Shown here: positions 57,709-64,000 of the stretch, piece by piece
How positions within the stretch are numbered: the stretch's first letter is position 1
Layout: each line of letters begins with the position of its first letter
DNA from: an uncultured Nitrososphaeraceae archaeon
GTDB lineage: Archaea > Thermoproteota > Nitrososphaeria > Nitrososphaerales > Nitrososphaeraceae
Assembly: GCA_963825865.1 (NCBI GenBank)
Contig: CAWGVG010000022.1
Location: 32,001 to 96,000 of the forward strand
DNA: 64,000 nucleotides
Reading direction: 5' to 3'
Translations under genes and position numbers: made by a program
Notes under the pieces: generated by a model
What the model was told of the DNA's origin: nothing
What the model saw: the letters and a program-made list of their open reading frames with translations, nothing else
Databases searched by the model: none

Positions 57709-59130
57709 TTGACTTTGAAGCGAATATCAACTGGTGTTCCAGGTTTAGATTCTCTTATCGAAGGTGGAATCCCAAAAGGAAATACTGCAATGATCGTAGG
57801 AAATCCTGGAACTGGTAAAACAATATTATGCTCACATTTTGTTTATGAAGGTTTAACCACTAAAGACGAAAATGCATTATACATTTCATTTAGTGAGTCC
57901 AAAACACAATTTTATGCCAATACGGAAAGGTTTGGAATGGATTTTGAGAAATTCGAAAGACAAAATAAGTTTACATTTTTGGGTCTTGCTTCATTCACAA
58001 AGGATGGAATACAAGATACACTTGAAGAGATCTTAGCTACTATTAGAAATACCAAAGCCAAAAGAGTAGTATTAGATTCATTTTCAGCAATATCCTTGGC
58101 ATTTGAAGACAAGAGCGAAGCGAGGACCACAGTTCAAGTGCTTTTAGGTAAAATAATGAGATCAGAAGAAGTAACCACAGTGCTGATTATAGAAATTCCG
58201 TACGGGAGTAATAACATAGGTTCTGGGATAGAAGAATCTGTTGCAGATGGTATTATACAACTTGAGCAGGTAGAAGACAATGCTTCACCAATAATTCTCC
58301 GAATCTTAAAAATGAGATGTACTGCAATTAATAGAGAACCTCATATTTGTAGAATAGGCAAGAATGGAATGAAATTATATCCCAAACAAAGATTAAGATT
58401 GACCTATCGAGCAGTAGAGGAACGAATAACTAGCGGAATACCTGGATTTGATGAAAGAATTGGTAATGGACTTATTAGAGGCACAACTACTGCTATTATA
58501 GGAGCGGCTGGTACTGCAAAATCGACTTTTTCATTTCAATTTATTTCTGAAGGCATAAGAAAAGATGAGCCTGGAATATATTGTACATTAGAACAGCCTG
58601 CAGACGAGATAAGAGTAATGGGTAAAGGTTATGGATACAACATGGCAGAACTCGAAAAAAAAGGATTATCAATATTTGTAAAAAATGCAGAGGATGAGAA
58701 CCCAGATGAATTCATTGCAAACTTGGCAGATGAAATTAAAAGGACAAAAGCAAAACGTCTTGTGATAGACAGTCTCTCTTCTTTTAAACACAAGTATAAT
58801 AACGAGCTGCATACAATTACTAAACGTATTCTAAGCCTAATACAGGAATATCAAATTACAACAGTACTTACCATTCTTACAACTCAGAAAAGCGGGTTTG
58901 AGATAACTGAGGAGGATTTATTTTCTCTTTTACAAAACATAATAGTTCTTAGATTTGTGGAGGTTCAGGGAAGGATGAAAAGAGTCTTGCTGGTATTAAA
59001 GACCAGAGGATCGCAACATGACAACTCTATACTAGAATTTAATATATCAAAGGACAATGGAGGAGTTGAAATAACTGGTCCTATAGATGAGGAGTACATC
59101 GGAATATTAACAGGAATAGCTTATAAATGA
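57709..59130 (+). CDS. KaiC-like double RecA-domain ATPase
   Basis: STGVPGLD..I.GG, GNPGTGKT, second domain GAAGTAKS, LVIDS, LKMR and LKTRGS. Confidence 0.9.
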   Translation: MTLKRISTGVPGLDSLIEGGIPKGNTAMIVGNPGTGKTILCSHFVYEGLTTKDENALYISFSESKTQFYANTERFGMDFEKFERQNKFTFLGLASFTKDGIQDTLEEILATIRNTKAKRVVLDSFSAISLAFEDKSEARTTVQVLLGKIMRSEEVTTVLIIEIPYGSNNIGSGIEESVADGIIQLEQVEDNASPIILRILKMRCTAINREPHICRIGKNGMKLYPKQRLRLTYRAVEERITSGIPGFDERIGNGLIRGTTTAIIGAAGTAKSTFSFQFISEGIRKDEPGIYCTLEQPADEIRVMGKGYGYNMAELEKKGLSIFVKNAEDENPDEFIANLADEIKRTKAKRLVIDSLSSFKHKYNNELHTITKRILSLIQEYQITTVLTILTTQKSGFEITEEDLFSLLQNIIVLRFVEVQGRMKRVLLVLKTRGSQHDNSILEFNISKDNGGVEITGPIDEEYIGILTGIAYK

Positions 59131-59204
59131 CAATAAAAAGGGAAAAGATATGAAAAAACAGCTTTTAATTTTAGTCAAAAAGAAGAAAAATTTGACTAAA
59201 GATT

Positions 59205-59549
59205 ATGAGGAAACAAAGTTTGGCCATCCAAAGTAAATTCAGGGAGGCCTATGAGCAAGCAGTTGTGGAGGGACTATCCGTTCTGGGAAAGCAAATTTCA
59301 TTAGTTATATCTTCTTATGTTGAAGAGAAGTATTCAATTCGTATAAGTGATACTGCAGATAATCCAAAAGCTCTCTCCGATGCACTATATGCTACAATAG
59401 ATGGAGGCACAAGAATTGTACAAAGGCGAATTCTTCGCTCACTTTATAACAGGATTGGAATTGAACTTCCTTTTACCATGACAATAAATTTTGAAGATAA
59501 AATTCTTAAGATAAAAAAAGAATATGAAAAAAAGTACATTTCCTCATAA
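59205..59549 (+). CDS. Small helical KaiC-associated protein (DUF3227-like)
   Basis: AVVEGLSVLG...P.ALSDAL...G.RIVQRRIL..LY pattern; directly downstream of the KaiC-like gene. Confidence 0.6.
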   Translation: MRKQSLAIQSKFREAYEQAVVEGLSVLGKQISLVISSYVEEKYSIRISDTADNPKALSDALYATIDGGTRIVQRRILRSLYNRIGIELPFTMTINFEDKILKIKKEYEKKYISS

Positions 59550-59625
59550 ATAGAAATATTATATAATTAATTGATGTCAATGTGATATTATTATATTATT
59601 AGTTTGAAATTTGAAATGCCAAAGT

Positions 59626-61415
59626 TCAACTCTTTCCATCTAACTTGTTCGCAGGCTCTGTTTTTTTACCCAAAGGTAGACGAAATGTAAATGTTGCTCC
59701 TCCTATTTGTTGTTTGTTGTTTTCAGCCCATATCTTTCCACCATGTGCTTCGATAATGCTTTTGCATATAAATAGTCCTAATCCCGTTCCTTGAAAAGAT
59801 TTGGTAGCAAATTTTGAAAATAGTCTCGGCATGATCTCTGGATCTATTCCTGAACCTGTATCCTGGATACTAACAATGACTTCTTGGTTATCTTTGTCTT
59901 TAGTAGTAGTAATAGATATGATCCCTTCTGTAGTAAATTTATTGGCATTATTTAACAAATTGGAAATAACTTGGGTGAGCCTCGTTCGATTCTGCTTCAA
60001 CTATAATGTTATCTCCTCTAGGTTCATATATTAATTTTATTTTATCTCTCTTTGAGTCTTTAACAATATCTAATAGCAGATCATCCATAGCAGTTAAGAT
60101 TATATTATTTATGTTTAGTTCTTCTTTGTTTAAATTTAATGTATTGCTTTCTATTTTAGTAATGTCTAGAATGAATTTTGACACTTGCTCTAATCTTCTT
60201 GCGTTGCGAAGTATAGTCTTTATGCCATTTCTTTTATTATCATTATCATCATTATTATCATTTTCTTTTTCTCTCTTTCCTCCTTCCGTTACTTGTTCTT
60301 CTTCTTCTAGTTGTGCTTCAAGCAATTCTGCATACCCTAAGATTGGCATAATTGGTGTTCGCAGCTCATGTGCCGCTATGTTAATAAACTCCTGTTGTAT
60401 TTTATCACGATTCTTCAACTGCTCGTTAGCTTGTGCAAGTTGCTTATTTGATTCTGCTAGATTGTCCTTTACTACGATTATGGATTCTAGAATTTCCCTT
60501 TCATTCCAAAGGGCCTCAAGAAGTGAACCAAAGTTCTTTACAAGAAATTTATTATCAGAATACACTGCAAGAGCTTCAACTCCCTCCTCACCTATAGTTA
60601 ATACTTTAGAGTTATCGGTGAGCAAAATGCTTCCTTGAATTCCCGAAATACTTTTAATTTGACCATAACTTTTGACGGCAGAAATTAATTGTTTTGTAGA
60701 TGCGTCGTCGTTTCTCCCTTCTTCAGAGTAAAGAATCATTACATTCACGCCTTTGCTTTCTGCCTGTTTTATACTATCAAGCAGTCCAATTTCAGCAAGA
60801 TTTTCAAAGTACCTAATTGAACTAACCGCAATGAGAACCTCTGATCTAGCATGTTGAATTTCAGATATAAGTAGAGATTCAGCACGCTTACGATCACGAA
60901 TAACATCTATACTGAAGGGTTCAACTTCTCCTTCAATTTCTCTAATCTTTTCTTGTGCTGATATTGTTTTATTCCAAAAAGTATCAAATACGTATTGCTG
61001 TTGTTCTACAATTTCCTTAATGTTGTTATGAATAATTTGTGGAATATTTTTTTTTGCTTCTTTAGAAGTTTTAGTAGAAATAGAAAGATGTGTTGTTTCA
61101 TTTAAGATGAAATTTCCTTTGAGTCCGTCTAAATGCCGAAGCTCGGCCATTTCCATTAATTCCTTGCAATAAGGGATATTTTGTTTAGTAATTTCGGTAA
61201 CATATCTTAATTTTATCCCTCTACCTTTGGCATCACTAAGGATTCTTTTTAAACGCCCCATCTCCTATGGTCTCAGATAGCACTGCATAATTACCACAAA
61301 TATCTATTTCATCTTTTGATTTAGATACTAATCGCAAAATAGCATCAGTTGCATTTTGGACACCATACAATATCCTAGTCTTTTTACTATCTGTATTGGT
61401 AGATGAGTTCGTCAA
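59626..61415 (-). CDS. Soluble sensor histidine kinase; frameshifts ~61262 and ~59995
   Basis: AAHELRTP, QVISNLLNNA.KF, DTGSGI, GTGLGL. Confidence 0.9.
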
Positions 61416-61566
61416 CTAATGATATCATTGGTAAGTTATTATCCGTATAAAACATTATGATAAAATTTTTTTCACATATGATGCAATCAAAGGATAAAAG
61501 GCAAGAATCCAATACATTATTTAAATTTGCTATCTCATCACTTGAGAATCTCAGGTTAATGCAATA

Positions 61567-61794
61567 CTACATATATTGGAGATTTACCTTTGGAAAACAA
61601 TTTGAGTGGTTGTGACGATACAGACATGGATTCCACGGATTCCTTCTCTTTACTACTCTATTCAAAATAGTTATAATGTCACGGGGACATATTCTTGCCT
61701 CTTCAGCTATTTGACGATAAGTCTTACCTTGATTGTATAATTCTAAAACCAGCTTTTCTTTTTCCTGTCTAGTTAATGCCATCAAATACTTCAT
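61567..61794 (-). pseudogene. HTH-starting multi-copy protein, 5' fragment
   Basis: LTRQEKEKLVLELYNQGKTYRQIAEEARICPRDI, then frameshift and truncation. Confidence 0.55.
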
Positions 61795-62119
61795 ATTTAC
61801 GATAAATATAACAAGAGCGAGACTTAGATATTGCTATCATCTGTTATCAATTTATTATCATTGTTATCATGACAGTATCGCTAGTATCACCGCAAAGACA
61901 TGACTGAAGTTTTGTCAAACCGTGTTTGAATATATTACTGTTACCACATTTTTGAAATGACATATATGCAAGTATCGAACGGAAAACTGCTAATTTGCTA
62001 AGGTTGCATTGTGTTTGTTAAAATTTCATATTTGAAGTGGCTTATATCATAATTTTTGTATCATATACAGAAATGTGTATGTTGCAGACCTCTACCATTA
62101 CTGCTGTTATTATTAATAC

Positions 62120-62497
62120 TTAGTTAGATTTTGTCATTATTTCATTTAGATGTTTCAATAGCTCCTGGTTTCCCATTGGCTTTCGCATAAAGCAATTTGT
62201 ATCTAACTCATTAAATATATCTGCATATGCTCCATGGTACATTTCACCAGCTGTCAGAAAACATACTTTAACTTTATCGTCTATTTTTTTTATTTCCCTA
62301 TATAGTTGAAAGCCATTCATATTTGGCATTTTAATATCTAAGATTAACAGATCATACAATCCTTTTCTGAAATTCTCCAATGCTGACAGACCACTATTAA
62401 AGGCATCAACTTCAAAACTATTCCCTTCTAAAGCCAACTTTATAGATAAATTAACGTCTGGTTCATCATCAACTATCAAAATTTTTTTTCTTTTCAT
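62120..62497 (-). CDS. Single-domain response regulator
   Basis: ILIVDDEPD, LDIKMP, FLTA, KP. Confidence 0.92.
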   Translation of the reverse strand: MKRKKILIVDDEPDVNLSIKLALEGNSFEVDAFNSGLSALENFRKGLYDLLILDIKMPNMNGFQLYREIKKIDDKVKVCFLTAGEMYHGAYADIFNELDTNCFMRKPMGNQELLKHLNEIMTKSN

Positions 62498-62529
62498 TGT
62501 AGTTGATTGGTTTCATTTTTAACGTTGTA

Positions 62530-64000
62530 CTAGTCATGCCAAGCTGCTGCTGTCTGCTGTTTACTTGTTGATGGTAAAGTAAATGAAAAGGTAGCACCTC
62601 TTTCACCATACATATTGTTATTTTCAGCCCATATCTTGCCACCATGGGCTTCTACAATGCTTTTGCAAATATACAACCCTAATCCTGTACCCTGATAAGA
62701 TTTTGATGCAAACTTTTCAAATAACCTAGGCATTATCCCAGGGTCTATACCGATACCTGTGTCCTTGATACTAACAAGAGCCTGACCATCAACCTTTTCA
62801 GCATTAATATTTATAATTCCTGTTTTCCTCTTCGTTGATCTTTGTTTTGGTAAATTTAACAGCATTATTTAGAATATTGGAAACAACTTGAGCTATTCTT
62901 GTTTTATCCGCTTCTATGAAGATATCGTGAGGCTGATATGCTAATTTTATAAGGTCTCCTTGTTGGCTCTTCTTAACAATGTTTGTTATTATATCGTCTA
63001 TAGTATTTGCTATTACATCATTTAAGTTGAAAAACTCCTTCTTCAAGTTTAGTGACTCGCTTTCAATTTTTGTAACATCTAAAATGTCCTCAGCAAGTCT
63101 ATGCAATCTCCTTGCATTCCTCATTATAACATCTAGTAATTCATCTTGTTCTGCTGCTGATTCTTCTATCTCTGCTATTATTAGAACGAAGAAGTTCTCC
63201 AGTTAAGCCAAGTATTGGCTGGATAGGTGTTCGTAATTCATGGGCTGCTATATCGATAAATTCTTTTTGCATTCTATCATGTGTTTTTAGCTGTTCATAC
63301 ATCTTGCTTAATTTTTGATGTAGTTCTGTCTGTTTCCAAAGACTGTCAAATATAGAAGCATATGCTAAAGCAATTGGTTTGCTATTAGAATATGGAGCTA
63401 ATCCTGCTGCATCATACGAATTATCTTTTAAATCGTCCTTTGTCTCGATAATTAGAGATTCTTTTCTATCAACTACTAGAATTCCAACTGTACTTTCTAA
63501 ACTCTTGTCGACGCTTCCAATATCTAGCTGAGGCAATACCAAATTTACTTCGTTTACTAATTGTATTACCTCATTTTGATCAGCAGGAATTAATATTCTA
63601 ACTCTTACACCACGTTCTACTGCGTCTTTGAATAAGTGCATTATACCTAATCTTGTTTGACGACGAAATGCGTGGATTGAGGAAAATATTCTCAATACCT
63701 CCTCTTCTGCTGATTTTACTAAATCATAAGCTCGTTTTATCGAATCTGTAGGATTTTGCAATAATTTCTATGCTAGTCGATTCAATGCCTTCTTCAATAT
63801 TCCTATTCTACCTTTAGCATCAATTCCATTTTTCCATAATTCTTCAAATATATAATAAAAATGGTTGACATATACTAGGTTCATTACTAAGTAATAGACT
63901 TTGAACATTTTTACCACCTTCCATCTTTTCTATAGTAGTCTGCTATTTCTTTATCTGAAACACCAAAACTCATAGGTGGCAGATTTTTAACATGTCTTAT
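62530..64000 (-). CDS. Sensor histidine kinase, 5' end outside the window, multiple frameshifts
   Basis: AAHELRTP, NILNNAVKF, DTGIGI, GTGLGL. Confidence 0.88.

Noticed and set aside
57709-59130. A true circadian clock
   Set aside because: No kaiA or kaiB, and the canonical Ser-Thr and EE motifs are not conserved.

Overview
This is a low-GC archaeal window, most consistent with a soil ammonia-oxidising archaeon (Nitrososphaeraceae). The assignment is inferred from thaumarchaeal-type Suf, F420/LLM, KaiC-like, sensor kinase and multi-copy HTH genes; no marker gene is present. Single-base frameshifts are pervasive, even in sufB, sufS and sufD, which points to uncorrected long-read errors, so split ORFs were rejoined by eye. 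Main blocks: (1) 1-8.4 kb, a nitrogen-scavenging cluster (divergent PurE, creatininase-family enzyme, NCS1 permease, biuret-hydrolase-signature cysteine hydrolase, amidase, FAH protein) bracketed by an inverted partial gene duplication; (2) housekeeping and accessory genes (DAGK, LysE, acetolactate synthase-like, bluB, DinG-like helicase, suf operon lacking sufC); (3) a coupled, non-canonical proteasome beta-alpha operon; (4) about 26-56 kb, a mosaic of gene relics, IS fragments, F420 enzymes, an iteron-like array and a 4.1-kb segment bounded by ~90-bp inverted repeats; (5) a KaiC-like ATPase and two-component signalling cluster. No rRNA, intact tRNA or CRISPR array was seen. All family calls come from motif recognition, with no database searches run.
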